From NCBI GenBank assembly GCA_000025185.1, contig CP001848.1, positions 3,000,001-3,032,000 of the forward strand: 32,000 nt of DNA, in the 5' to 3' direction. Shown here one piece after another: positions 1-8,576 of this stretch; position 1 is the first letter of the stretch, and every line of letters begins with the position of its first letter. This DNA comes from Pirellula staleyi DSM 6068. GTDB lineage: Bacteria; Planctomycetota; Planctomycetia; Pirellulales; Pirellulaceae. A model generated the notes under the pieces. The model saw only the letters and a program-made list of their open reading frames with translations. It was not told where the DNA came from and ran no database searches. The position numbers and the translations under genes are program-made.

Positions 1-932
1 ACTGCCAGGATGTTGCCACCGGTTTGCCCTTCCTCTTTGATCGGTTCGGCCAGGCCGATTCCGGCAGAAGTGATTGGCTTCCAAGTCGCCTGACTGCGGC
101 CAGCACTCCAGTTGGGATCGGCAACGAACCAGGCTTTCGGGAGATGGCCGGTGAGCACCTCGACAATCCCTTTGCTCCCGAAGATTTGCACCCCAAAGCG
201 ATCGCCACGCGCCTCTTTTTGCGAACCGAAGTAGGCCGTGGCTCCCGACGCTAGGCCGAACATTGCATCGACGCGATCCCCCGCCAAAGGGCCGATCCCT
301 TCAGCTCCTTCGCGCACGTTTTTCTTCGTGATCGGAGCGCCGTTCTCGCGAATCTGCGCAAAGCACCATTCAGGTTCGCCTCCAAAATGATGCACGAGGT
401 TCAGCACGTGACTTCCCAAGACCCACAAATCTTCGACACCACCGCGCTGATCTTCTTTCCCGCGAGCGCGGTACTCGAGCACCGTCCCGAGCAGACCATC
501 GCCGATCAGGTCGTGAATCGTTTGCAGCACCGGGCTATAGCGAGTCTGATGCGCGAGGGCCAGTTTGACGTCGGTTTTCTCGCACGCGGCGACAATCGCA
601 TCCGCTTCCGCCGGGGTTCGGCAAAACGGCTTTTCCATGTAGATATGAATCCCGCGATCGGCCGCCGCGATCGCCATCTCGGCATGCTGATCGAGCCAGC
701 GGGGACAGATCGCCACGATGTCGGGCTTCGTGGTGTCGAGCAGTTGACGGTAGTCGGCAAACGTTTTTGGAGCTTTCAGCCGCGCTGCTGCAGCGGCCAG
801 CCCTTTCTCGTCCCGATCAGCCACCCCCACGATTTCGCAGTTCTCCATCCGGAGCCAGACCGTGTCGATGCCGTGGCCGTAGTTTCCACGCCCCGTTTCG
901 CCGATCACCGCCACGCGATACTTGTGCAACAT
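1..932 (-). CDS. Gfo/Idh/MocA-family NAD(P)-dependent oxidoreductase (C-terminus beyond left edge)
   Basis: Absent from the supplied ORF track because there is no stop inside the window. My reverse-complement translation from the ATG at 932-930 stays open to position 1. It reads MLHKYRVAVIGETGRGNYGHGIDTVWLRMENCEIVGVADRDEKGLAAAAARLKAPKTFADYRQLLDTTKPDIVAICPRWLDQHAEMAIAAADRGIHIYMEKPFCRTPAEADAIVAACEKTDVKLALAHQTRY... The N-terminal Rossmann-type VAVIG-TGRG and the EKP motif are typical of this family. The + strand ORFs here (387..998, 767..973) are antisense to it. Confidence 0.8.
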   Translation of the reverse strand, partial: MLHKYRVAVIGETGRGNYGHGIDTVWLRMENCEIVGVADRDEKGLAAAAARLKAPKTFADYRQLLDTTKPDIVAICPRWLDQHAEMAIAAADRGIHIYMEKPFCRTPAEADAIVAACEKTDVKLALAHQTRYSPVLQTIHDLIGDGLLGTVLEYRARGKEDQRGGVEDLWVLGSHVLNLVHHFGGEPEWCFAQIRENGAPITKKNVREGAEGIGPLAGDRVDAMFGLASGATAYFGSQKEARGDRFGVQIFGSKGIVEVLTGHLPKAWFVADPNWSAGRSQATWKPITSAGIGLAEPIKEEGQTGGNILA

Positions 933-1168
933 CGAAACCTCGACCTGGAGAGCGGGACTTACCGGATGAATAGCGGCTGTTTCTTCAAATGCCGCTAGGA
1001 TTGCGATCGCCCCGCACAAGCCATGCAGGGGCAAGCGATTGGCCCCTATTGTGACGCTGGACCTAAACGCTCGCTACTGTTTTAATCAGAGGCGGAGTTT
1101 CTGGTTCGATTCTTTTCGGGCAGCAACATTTCTGGCAGCGTCTCGGGCAGACAAGGTGACGGCAACTC

Positions 1169-1552
1169 ATGCGATCGGCTTTCTGGTTCGCAGCGGCACT
1201 CGCGATTTTCGCCGGCACTATGCGCACGACTGCTACCGCTGAAACGCGAGCCGAGAAGCCGCCGCAGTTCGAGACCGATGTGCTGCCGATTCTGAAAGCC
1301 AAATGCTTTGACTGTCACTCGACTACCGCCGACGAACTTCAGGGGGGACTGAAGCTCGACAACCTCGAGCTGATTCTCCAAGGTGGAACCAGCGGTGCGG
1401 CGATCGTCGAGGGTGATGTCGAGAACAGTCTGCTGCTGAAGGCGATTCGCTACGAAGTCGAGGATATGCAGATGCCCCCGAGTGGCAAACTCGACGACGA
1501 AAAAATCAGCCTCCTCGAAGCCTGGGTCAAATCCTTGAAGAGCGACGAGTGA
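1169..1552 (+). CDS. small secreted c-type cytochrome domain protein (Planctomycete PSCyt1-type, CxxCH)
   Basis: 127 aa with an N-terminal signal-like segment (MRSAFWFAAALAIFAGTMRTTATA). It continues FETDVLPILKAKCFDCHS...GGLKLD...LLKAIRYE...MPP, matching the PSCyt1 heme-binding pattern with CFDCH. A terminator hairpin lies downstream. Confidence 0.8.
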   Translation: MRSAFWFAAALAIFAGTMRTTATAETRAEKPPQFETDVLPILKAKCFDCHSTTADELQGGLKLDNLELILQGGTSGAAIVEGDVENSLLLKAIRYEVEDMQMPPSGKLDDEKISLLEAWVKSLKSDE

Positions 1553-1595
1553 TTGCAGCGCAGCAGCACTCCCGCGTTCCCTCAAGAAACCAGCA

Positions 1596-1640
1596 AAGGT
1601 GGAGCACTCGCTGGAAGTACTCCACCTTCGATGTTTTTTC
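1596..1640 (+). terminator. Rho-independent terminator between convergent genes (possibly bidirectional)
   Basis: Stem aaggtggag (1596-1604) pairs with ctccacctt (1620-1628), followed by tttttt at 1634-1639. It sits between the stops at 1552 (+) and 1671 (-). Confidence 0.55.
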
Positions 1641-1670
1641 GACAAAGTTTTTTAGTGGCCAGCGCTATCT

Positions 1671-2261
1671 CTAGCGGCTCAGGCGGCTGCTGACCGATTC
1701 GACCTCGCCGAAGCTGGTCGGGTGGAGATCGGTTTGGTGCGAAATGGGGCGAAGCGTGGGAGCGTAGTAGCCCATTTCTTCCTGGTACACAGGTTCTTCG
1801 GTGTACGGCTTGATCGGTGGGAAGCGCCAGGGGCTGTGGTAGTCGGTCATGCGGACCTGCTTGTACATGCCTGGCCAGTGATAGGTGTAGAGCGGGGGAA
1901 CGGGGTAGTTGTAGCTACCGTTGCATCCGCAGTTGAAGTAGCGGTCGAGTCCGTCGTAGTTGCTCTTGCAGCCTCGGCCGCAATGTCCGCCGCGACAGCC
2001 GTTGCCACAACCATCGCCGAAGAGTCCGCCACCACAGTGACCAGTGGCACAGTGGCCAGTGGCACAGTGGCCGCTGCCGCACGAACCGCAAGCACCGTTG
2101 CCGCAATGGCCGGTGGCACAAGCAGTGGGGCCAGCTAGTCCGCACGAAGGAGCAACCGTATCGGTGCAACCGGCGCTGCGCGTGACGCGTTCCGCCTGGG
2201 CGCTCGAAACAACGAAGGCCACCACTGCCATAGCAGTCCAGGCCGCAAATCCAAGTCGCAT
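1671..2261 (-). CDS. secreted Cys/Gly/His-rich repeat protein, function unknown
   Basis: 196 aa with signal peptide MRLGFAAWTAMAVVAFVVSSAQA. A Cys/Gly/His block follows: ...CATGHCGNGACGSCGSGHCATGHCATGHCGGG...GCGNGCRGGHCGRGC. The tail is Tyr/Pro/Trp-rich (YNYPVPPLYTYHWPGMY...SPWRFPP). A 15-bp tandem repeat x3 at 2033-2077 encodes the GHCAT units. Confidence 0.7.
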   Translation of the reverse strand: MRLGFAAWTAMAVVAFVVSSAQAERVTRSAGCTDTVAPSCGLAGPTACATGHCGNGACGSCGSGHCATGHCATGHCGGGLFGDGCGNGCRGGHCGRGCKSNYDGLDRYFNCGCNGSYNYPVPPLYTYHWPGMYKQVRMTDYHSPWRFPPIKPYTEEPVYQEEMGYYAPTLRPISHQTDLHPTSFGEVESVSSRLSR

Positions 2262-2607
2262 GGTGACTCTCCGAAACGTAGGTCGATCGTCGTTCTGCAG
2301 GTCGATAGCGCCAACCGTCGCAGGCCGATCTTCAGCCGCGCAGTCTCCGCTGCATAACTCATCGGCTGGAGGGTCGTAGGAATTCCTCCGAATCCTCCTG
2401 AAAGCGCGGCTCTTGCCAAGGTTGCCAAGTTTACCGCGATTGTGGGAGATTGGTGCCAGACGCTAGCACTGCTAGCAATTCCGCGATTTTTGCAGAGTTC
2501 GTGGTCGATCGCGGGCAGTTTTGATCGACAATCTTTCAGCTCCCCTGCTGTCAACACATTCTGACCCACGCGACTTTCCGACCCACATCCCTGAAGAGCC
2601 AAGTTCC

Positions 2608-3084
2608 ATGACCCAGCCCGGCACGACACGCGATTTTACGCTGCAACTTACACTTCGCACTTCAGCTGACCAGCTGTTCGACGCCCTCACGACCCAGGCT
2701 GGCTGTGCCCGCTGGTGGACCACTTTTTGCGAAGGGGATTCGCAAGTCGGCAGCATCTCGAGCTACCACTTTCCCGCTGCCGGTTTTCATGCCGTGATGC
2801 GGACGATCGAGTTGGCTCGTCCCAACACGCTCGTTTGGGAGTGCATCGAATCGAGTCACGGCCCCAGTTTGCCCTACGAAGATCTGCACGACTGGATCGG
2901 CACGATCATCCGTTTTGAGATCGTCCCCCACAGCGACGAGCAGTGCATCTTCAACTTCACCCACGAAAGGCTCGCGCAGCTCGAGTGCTATGAGAGCTGC
3001 AAAAGCGGCTGGCAATTCTTCCTCGGCGACAGCCTCCGCAGCTATGTCGAACAAGGGCAAGGCAAACCTTGGACACAGGGATAA
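2608..3084 (+). CDS. SRPBCC / AHSA1-like (Activator of Hsp90 ATPase homolog 1-like) domain protein
   Basis: The track ORF starts at TTG 2521, but the first ATG at 2608 gives a 158-aa protein of typical family size. Sequence: MTQPGTTRDFTLQLTLRTSADQLFDALTTQAGCARWWT...VWECIES...WIGTIIRFEI...SGWQFFLGDSLRSYVEQG. Confidence 0.7.
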   Translation: MTQPGTTRDFTLQLTLRTSADQLFDALTTQAGCARWWTTFCEGDSQVGSISSYHFPAAGFHAVMRTIELARPNTLVWECIESSHGPSLPYEDLHDWIGTIIRFEIVPHSDEQCIFNFTHERLAQLECYESCKSGWQFFLGDSLRSYVEQGQGKPWTQG

Positions 3085-3183
3085 TTGGAAACAAGAATAA
3101 CATCACACGCTGACAGCTTTTCCAAGTAGGATGAATTTGCCAACATGCATCAGGCCCCCACTCTCTCAGCGTGAGCAGCCACC

Positions 3184-3606
3184 TTGAACGACCAGACGCC
3201 ACATCGTTCGAACGTGCCGGGAGACTTCTATGTCGCCGCCGATTGCTGCACGTTATGCGATTTGCCTCGCAGTTGTGCGCCGACACTCTTTGACATCGTC
3301 GAAGAACAGCATGAGGGTATTCCGGGGACTCTTCCCCATTGCTATGTGAAACGTCAGCCTGAGACTCCGGCCGAAACAGCTCAGATGCTCGATGCTGTCC
3401 GGCTTTCTGAATTGCAATGCATACGCTATCGGGGGACCGATCGACTGATTCAGTTGACTTTGGCCGACCACGGTTGTGCACATCTCTGCGATCAACTCGC
3501 GCCCGATTTGCAGCCTCTTGCTGAAGCGGCCCAGCGCTTGCAAGCACTACGCGATCCACAGCATCCCGGCGATGCTGCGAAGCGCCCCTGGTGGCGTTTT
3601 TGGTAG
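3184..3606 (+). CDS. ferredoxin-like Cys-motif protein (putative Fe-S), hypothetical
   Basis: The motif PGDFYVAADCCTLCDLPRSCAPTLF...HCYVKRQPETPAE...LQCIRYRG resembles single-cluster 4Fe-4S ferredoxin-like proteins (recalled family pattern). There is no in-frame ATG, because the upstream ATG at 3145 hits a TGA at 3172. The start is therefore TTG 3184 or GTG 3214. Confidence 0.5.
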   Translation: MNDQTPHRSNVPGDFYVAADCCTLCDLPRSCAPTLFDIVEEQHEGIPGTLPHCYVKRQPETPAETAQMLDAVRLSELQCIRYRGTDRLIQLTLADHGCAHLCDQLAPDLQPLAEAAQRLQALRDPQHPGDAAKRPWWRFW

Positions 3607-3683
3607 TTGAGTTCAAACTCACAGCTACTTTACAATGGAAGCGAAGGTCGCTTCCTCACCTCTCTCGATACTGGGAACTTCGC

Positions 3684-4229
3684 ATGCAACGGTTTCTCTC
3701 GCTTGCGCTCGTGCTGGTCACCTTGGCGCTAAGTCCCTCGCATCTACAGGCTGAGGATCTTTATCCGTCCAAGTTCAAGGAGTTCTTTAAGCCGGGGCTA
3801 GGGGTGAGTGTTCGTAGTCTAGAGAACTCGGACGGCTATAGCGTTCGGATCTTCAGCGACGAAGTCTATTCGATCGCTCAAGACGCCTTGAAGAACAAAC
3901 TTTCCTTCGATCAACTGCGTGCAAAATATCCCGCTCTCGAGCAGGAGTCACAAAAGTTCCTCAAAGAGCAATCAGCGAAAAAAGAGGGTTCCGACAGCGG
4001 GGCGGAACCTCTCAAGCAAGTTCTGACCACCGTGACGCCACTGGTGACCGGTCGCGTCGGGAAGGTGACTCACTGCGGCGACGACTACCTGTTGATCCAG
4101 TACGAAGATCCGAGTTTTGGCGAGCTAAGCGTGATTCCGTTCCGCTCGATCACACGCCTGCAATTGCCGACCAACCACGACCTGAAAGTACGCAGTTCCA
4201 CACTCCGCTTAATCGAAGAACCGAAGTAA
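3684..4229 (+). CDS. secreted hypothetical protein
   Basis: The ATG at 3684 opens a signal peptide MQRFLSLALVLVTLALSPSHLQA. This is preferred over the track start at 3591, which precedes it with non-signal sequence. No family recognised. Confidence 0.55.
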   Translation: MQRFLSLALVLVTLALSPSHLQAEDLYPSKFKEFFKPGLGVSVRSLENSDGYSVRIFSDEVYSIAQDALKNKLSFDQLRAKYPALEQESQKFLKEQSAKKEGSDSGAEPLKQVLTTVTPLVTGRVGKVTHCGDDYLLIQYEDPSFGELSVIPFRSITRLQLPTNHDLKVRSSTLRLIEEPK

Positions 4230-4266
4230 AAAACCTTTTGAGATAAAGGCGAATCGCGCGAGACAT

Positions 4267-4305
4267 AAAAAAAGGGCCGAGCACTCGGTGAAGAGTGGTC
4301 GGCCC
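4267..4305 (-). terminator. Rho-independent terminator of the 4338..5279 gene (hairpin shared with the convergent + gene)
   Basis: Stem gggccgagcact (4274-4285) pairs with agtggtcggccc (4294-4305) with one mismatch. On the minus strand it is followed by a T7 run (the a-run at 4267-4273). Confidence 0.6.
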
Positions 4306-4337
4306 TTAGAGGTTGATCGGCGAGGGGCTGAAGGTGC

Positions 4338-5279
4338 TTACCAGCAGCGGCGGCGAGCGCGGCAAGGACCACACTCGACAGCAGCCGAATTGTCACAGTC
4401 GGCAGCGAGGGTGTAGGTGACTTCCTTCTCGACCATTTCGGTCACAGGGACTTGCACTTCGCGGTTCACGGTTTCCGCTACCATTTCGCAGTACGAAACT
4501 TCCTTCTCGAAAGGGACGCTCTTGCAAACGGTTTCGTGGAAGGTCTTTTCCACCTGCGTTGGAACGCACACAGTGTATTCCACTTCGCGCGTCTTGGTTT
4601 CACGCTTGTAGCTGCAAACCTTCTCGGTCACCGTCTTTTGCGTTGGCTTGCAAACGGTCACTTCGCAGCTGTAGGGCTCTTCAACGAGCGTCATCTTGCA
4701 AACGGTGACCGGAACTTCCATCTTCACGATGCTGGGGACCCACACCTTGCAGGTGCGTGTGCAGCCGCAGTTGTCGACGTAGCTCTTGCATTGCCACGAG
4801 CCTTCATCTTTGCACACCATGCGGGTCTCGGTGACCATCACAGGCTTGCAGATTTTGCGAACGCCGGTTTTGGTTTCCTTGGTAGGAATCATCACCGTCA
4901 CTTCGCGGCTCACTTCTTTCCACTCGGGGGTGCAGACTTCATACGACTCGGTCCGCTTCTCGGTCTTCGGCATCATCACCGTGACCATCTTTTTCACTTC
5001 CACCTTTTCAGCCACCATCTTTTGACAGGTGACCATTTTGGTGCGCGTGACAGGCTTGTGAACCACAACGGGAACCGTCATCGTCTTGTAGGTGACGACT
5101 GGCACCATCACCTTTTTGGTGATCGTTTGTGGTGCGGCTGTGGCGGTCTCACAAGGAGCGGCACAGGGAGCAGGTGGGCACGGAGCACACCAGCGGCGAC
5201 CAGCGTGAGCCTGGCTTGTGGCGAGCAAGCCACAGACGAGCCCGACAGCCGCCCAAAGGGGGACAAATTTGCGGAACAT
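4338..5279 (-). CDS. secreted Cys-rich, Lys/Thr/Val/Glu-rich repeat protein (YTV-repeat-like, Planctomycete type)
   Basis: 313 aa with signal peptide MFRKFVPLWAAVGLVCGLLATSQAHA. It has many Cys residues and iterated short beta-like units (VVTYKTMTVPVVVHKPV, VEYTVCVPTQVEK, KEVTYTL). GGGAGG lies 9 nt upstream of the ATG. It resembles the YTV family described from Rhodopirellula (recalled). Confidence 0.75.
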   Translation of the reverse strand: MFRKFVPLWAAVGLVCGLLATSQAHAGRRWCAPCPPAPCAAPCETATAAPQTITKKVMVPVVTYKTMTVPVVVHKPVTRTKMVTCQKMVAEKVEVKKMVTVMMPKTEKRTESYEVCTPEWKEVSREVTVMIPTKETKTGVRKICKPVMVTETRMVCKDEGSWQCKSYVDNCGCTRTCKVWVPSIVKMEVPVTVCKMTLVEEPYSCEVTVCKPTQKTVTEKVCSYKRETKTREVEYTVCVPTQVEKTFHETVCKSVPFEKEVSYCEMVAETVNREVQVPVTEMVEKEVTYTLAADCDNSAAVECGPCRARRRCW

Positions 5280-5548
5280 GTTGAAAAACCTCCCATGCGT
5301 ATAACACCGGCCGAGTCGACGTGAAGATGTCAGTCGAGCAGGATCTCAGCCGAGCTTTCCTCGTGAGCCTCATGGCACTTGAGCGTGCCGATTAAATGGC
5401 CTGCGTAATATATGCTGACTTTAACGGCAGTGAATAGTATGCGATCGTAAGAGCAAGGGGCGAAGGTTTCGCCTACGATGAGCGTCTGCTGAATGTTTTT
5501 AGGGACCCCTGGCAACTCCCGTGACACCCGAATTGCAAGGAACTGGCG

Positions 5549-7111
5549 ATGTCGCACGACCATGCTCAGCCGACCGGAACACCTGATGGCAGGGTGCCGC
5601 AGTGGCTGCCACGCACGCTGCTCGTTAGTTTGCTGGGGCTTGTGGCAATTGCGGGGCTGGGTGTGCTGCGCGCTGCTCCCGAGGGGCCGGGCACCAGCCG
5701 AGTCGGTGGCCAACGGCCACGTCTGCTGACCGTGCGCGATTTCGGCGCGGTGGGAGATGGTCAAACCGACGATGCCGCAGCGATTCAGCGCGCGATCGAC
5801 GAAGGAGATGGCGATGTCGTTTTCCCAGCAGGAGATTACAAACTGACCCGCTCGATCGTCGCCCGCTTAAACACCACCGGTCGGCTCGGCATCAGCGGCA
5901 CCGGCACCGCGCGGCTGATGATGTTCGCCCCCGGTCCCGCTTTGCAGGTGATCGGCACCCATGGAGGGACGGCGGACCCCAAGTCGGTGATGGCCGACGT
6001 TTGGGAAAAAGAACGGATGCCGCGCATCAGCGGAATCGAGATCGTGGGGGCTCATGCCGAGGCCGATGGAATCGAAGCTCGCGGCACCATGCAAATCTCG
6101 ATCGACGGCGTCTTGCTCCGCAAACTGCGCCACGGTGTGCGACTGGTCGAGCGGAATCGCAACGTCCTGATCAGCGATTGCCATATCTACGAGAACAGCG
6201 GCTGTGGTGTGCTGCTCGATCAGGTGAACTTGCATCAAACCAACATCACCGGTTCGCATATCAGCTACTGTGGCGGCGGCGGTGTGGTGACACGTGGTGG
6301 CGAGGTTCGTAACCTGCATATCGTGGGGTGCGATATCGAAGCGTGTCAGTCGCCCGAAGGACCACCGACAGCCAATGTGCTCATCGATTGCAGCACAGGC
6401 TCGACTGCGGAAGTGACGATCGTCGGCTGTACGATTCAGCATGGCCGCAACGCGCCCGAGTCGGCCAATGTCCGAATCCTCGGCCAAGGTAAGTTCAAAA
6501 TGAAGGGAGAGATGGTCGACGTGCAATGCGGTCACGTGACGATTGCTGACAACGTCTTCTCCGATGTGCAAACCAACGTTCATCTATCGGGAGTGCGTGG
6601 CGCCACGATCACCGGCAACACGATGTGGCAAGGGTGGTCGCATAACCTGGTACTCGAGAATTGCCAGCAAGTGGTGCTGACCGGCAACATGCTCGAGCGT
6701 AATCCGATGTATGGCTACACCGACGAAGCGAGCAACCGTGTACGCATCTCCGCCTGCCAAGATCTCACGATCGAATCGCTGCATCTGCAGTCGGCGGGGG
6801 ACAACACCACCGAAGTTGCCGCGCTCTTGATCGAGAAATGCGAGCGACTTCAGCTGCGCGGATTGACGCTGCTCGATTGCCAACCGACTTCGCTTGAGAT
6901 TCGCGATTCGTCGCACGTCACTTTGTGTGATGCGACGCTTCGCTACGATCGTCCCGGACTCTCGCATACGCTCCTTAAGTGGACCGGCGGCGACTCCGGT
7001 TTGATCCTCAGCACGATTGTTTCGGGAGAAGTGGAGATCGCCGAGTCGTCCCTCGCGCGGCCTGCCGACTTGATCAAAATGCCCGCTCATTCCCCGGCCA
7101 AAACGCAGTAA
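5549..7111 (+). CDS. right-handed parallel beta-helix protein (pectate-lyase-superfamily / GH28-related), membrane anchored
   Basis: 520 aa with an N-terminal TM segment (LLVSLLGLVAIAGLGVL). It carries the hallmark VRDFGAVGDGQTDDAAAIQRAIDEG and repeated beta-helix turns (ISDCHIYENSGCGVLL, ITGSHISYCGGGGV, IVGCDIE, IVGCTIQH, ITGNTMWQG, LTGNMLERN). Confidence 0.8.
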   Translation: MSHDHAQPTGTPDGRVPQWLPRTLLVSLLGLVAIAGLGVLRAAPEGPGTSRVGGQRPRLLTVRDFGAVGDGQTDDAAAIQRAIDEGDGDVVFPAGDYKLTRSIVARLNTTGRLGISGTGTARLMMFAPGPALQVIGTHGGTADPKSVMADVWEKERMPRISGIEIVGAHAEADGIEARGTMQISIDGVLLRKLRHGVRLVERNRNVLISDCHIYENSGCGVLLDQVNLHQTNITGSHISYCGGGGVVTRGGEVRNLHIVGCDIEACQSPEGPPTANVLIDCSTGSTAEVTIVGCTIQHGRNAPESANVRILGQGKFKMKGEMVDVQCGHVTIADNVFSDVQTNVHLSGVRGATITGNTMWQGWSHNLVLENCQQVVLTGNMLERNPMYGYTDEASNRVRISACQDLTIESLHLQSAGDNTTEVAALLIEKCERLQLRGLTLLDCQPTSLEIRDSSHVTLCDATLRYDRPGLSHTLLKWTGGDSGLILSTIVSGEVEIAESSLARPADLIKMPAHSPAKTQ

Positions 7112-7140
7112 ATAGCACGCTAGCCTCAAAGCAGGTTTTC

Positions 7141-7536
7141 ATGATCGCACTGATCGCACACGACCAGAAAAAACCGACGATGGTCGAGTTTGTTCGGAAG
7201 TATAAGTCGGTTCTGGCCCGCTACCAGCTTGTCGCAACGGGGAGCACAGGACGGCTTGTGATGCACGACACAGGGCTCGCGGTGGAGTGCGTAGCGCATG
7301 GTCCCGATGGTGGCGATCTGATCATTGGTGGGCGCGTCGCAGAAGCGAAGATCACGGCGGTGATTTTTTTTCGCGATCCACTGACTGCTCAGCCGCACGA
7401 GCCCGACGTGAGCGCTTTGATGCGCGTGTGCGACGTCCACAACGTCCCTCTGGCGACAAACTTCACCAGCGCCGAAGCGATCATCACTTGGCTCGATGCC
7501 CGCGACGGTTCGCCTGCTCCAGTTCCAGTGGCTTAA
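7141..7536 (+). CDS. mgsA: methylglyoxal synthase
   Basis: MIALIAHDQKK...LVATGSTGRL...GPDGGDLIIGGRVAEAKITAVIFFRDPLTAQPHEPDVSALMRVCDVHNVPLATN aligns motif by motif with E. coli MgsA (IALVAHD, ATGTTG, GGDQQ, FFWDPL..PHDPDV). The ATG at 7141 is used rather than the track start at 6979, which overlaps the upstream gene. Confidence 0.9.
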   Translation: MIALIAHDQKKPTMVEFVRKYKSVLARYQLVATGSTGRLVMHDTGLAVECVAHGPDGGDLIIGGRVAEAKITAVIFFRDPLTAQPHEPDVSALMRVCDVHNVPLATNFTSAEAIITWLDARDGSPAPVPVA

Positions 7537-7561
7537 CGCGCAGGAGCTTCAGCAGCGAGAT

Positions 7562-8269
7562 CTACGGGACGATCCCACCGTTCTCTTCTTCGATGCTGCC
7601 CCAAGGGCTCACCTGGTTGCGATAGATGTAGAAGTCGACCGCTCCTCGATAGGTTCCCATCGCCACGGCAAGCGAGGCGATGAGCATCCCGACGAGGGCC
7701 CAGTTACGTTTGGGAGAACGCAGCCCCCACACGCCAAAGCAAAGGGCCATCAGCGCCACCAGCGCGCCGCTCCAAAAGAAGAAAGAAACAGCCACGGCAA
7801 AAAATCCGCAAACGATGGCTGCAATCGCGCCCCCGGTGGCGGCGTGATTCGGCGGACCACTCACGCGTCGCAGCCGATCTCTCACACGCTGCTCGTCGTC
7901 GCTGAGGCTGCTCGTCGCGCTCGGCGGTGGTTGGATATCGATCCGTGTCAGCTCTACTCCCGGTAAAAACGGACTTCCGCGACGCATCACCGCAACTGCC
8001 GGCGCGGCCGCTTGGCTCTCAGGATTAGCGTTTGTAGGCTCGATCGCGGTCGCATCAGCATCGGCGACTGTGGCAGCGACCACGTCGGCTGCCAGCGCTG
8101 CTTCTGCTGGAGCGGTGGCCAGTTCGGCCGTCACCACTTCGGGCACTAGCGCCCCGCGCTGCGGTGGGAGCGAGGTGATCAGCGGATCGGCAAACTTCTG
8201 TCCGCATCGCCAACAGCGATTCACGGCACCGAGAAGTTCCTCGCCACATTTCGCACACTTGATCGCCAT
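7562..8269 (-). CDS. zinc-ribbon plus C-terminal two-TM (DUF4190-like) membrane protein
   Basis: MAIKCAKCGEELLGAVNRCWRCG has a CxxC...CxxC zinc ribbon, followed by an Ala-rich linker. Two C-terminal hydrophobic helices follow (GGAIAAIVCGFFAVAVSFFFW, ALVGMLIASLAVAMG). An alternative upstream ATG lies at 8305. Confidence 0.6.
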   Translation of the reverse strand: MAIKCAKCGEELLGAVNRCWRCGQKFADPLITSLPPQRGALVPEVVTAELATAPAEAALAADVVAATVADADATAIEPTNANPESQAAAPAVAVMRRGSPFLPGVELTRIDIQPPPSATSSLSDDEQRVRDRLRRVSGPPNHAATGGAIAAIVCGFFAVAVSFFFWSGALVALMALCFGVWGLRSPKRNWALVGMLIASLAVAMGTYRGAVDFYIYRNQVSPWGSIEEENGGIVP

Positions 8270-8576
8270 AGTTGGATTTACAGTTGGGTTTGCTCGGTCG
8301 AGCATTTCGTGTTCGTGCTGCAGGGCTCTGCAAAATCGTTCTCGATCGGCCAGGCTCTATCTCTCGCACTAGTTCAACATACCGCGTGGATGTAACGAAA
8401 ACGACCGCCAAGTCATTAGGAAATACGGGAATTCTGCCCCACTCCCCACGGTTCGTTGCTTGCGACTGCGACGGCGAAAAACTAGGCTAAAGGCTTCCCA
8501 CGTCGCGCCACTGGTGCGCCGCTGTTGATCAATCAGTGCCCACCAAAATCACCTCTCTCAGGCTTTCGTTTTCATC

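Noticed and set aside
1085-1115. tRNA-like T-loop string ggttcgattc
   Set aside because: The flanking bases do not form a T-stem, and no acceptor or anticodon arms can be drawn.
4452-5324. 290-aa His/Leu/Gly-rich + strand ORF
   Set aside because: Antisense to the YTV-like gene. That gene has a signal peptide, a strong SD and a terminator.
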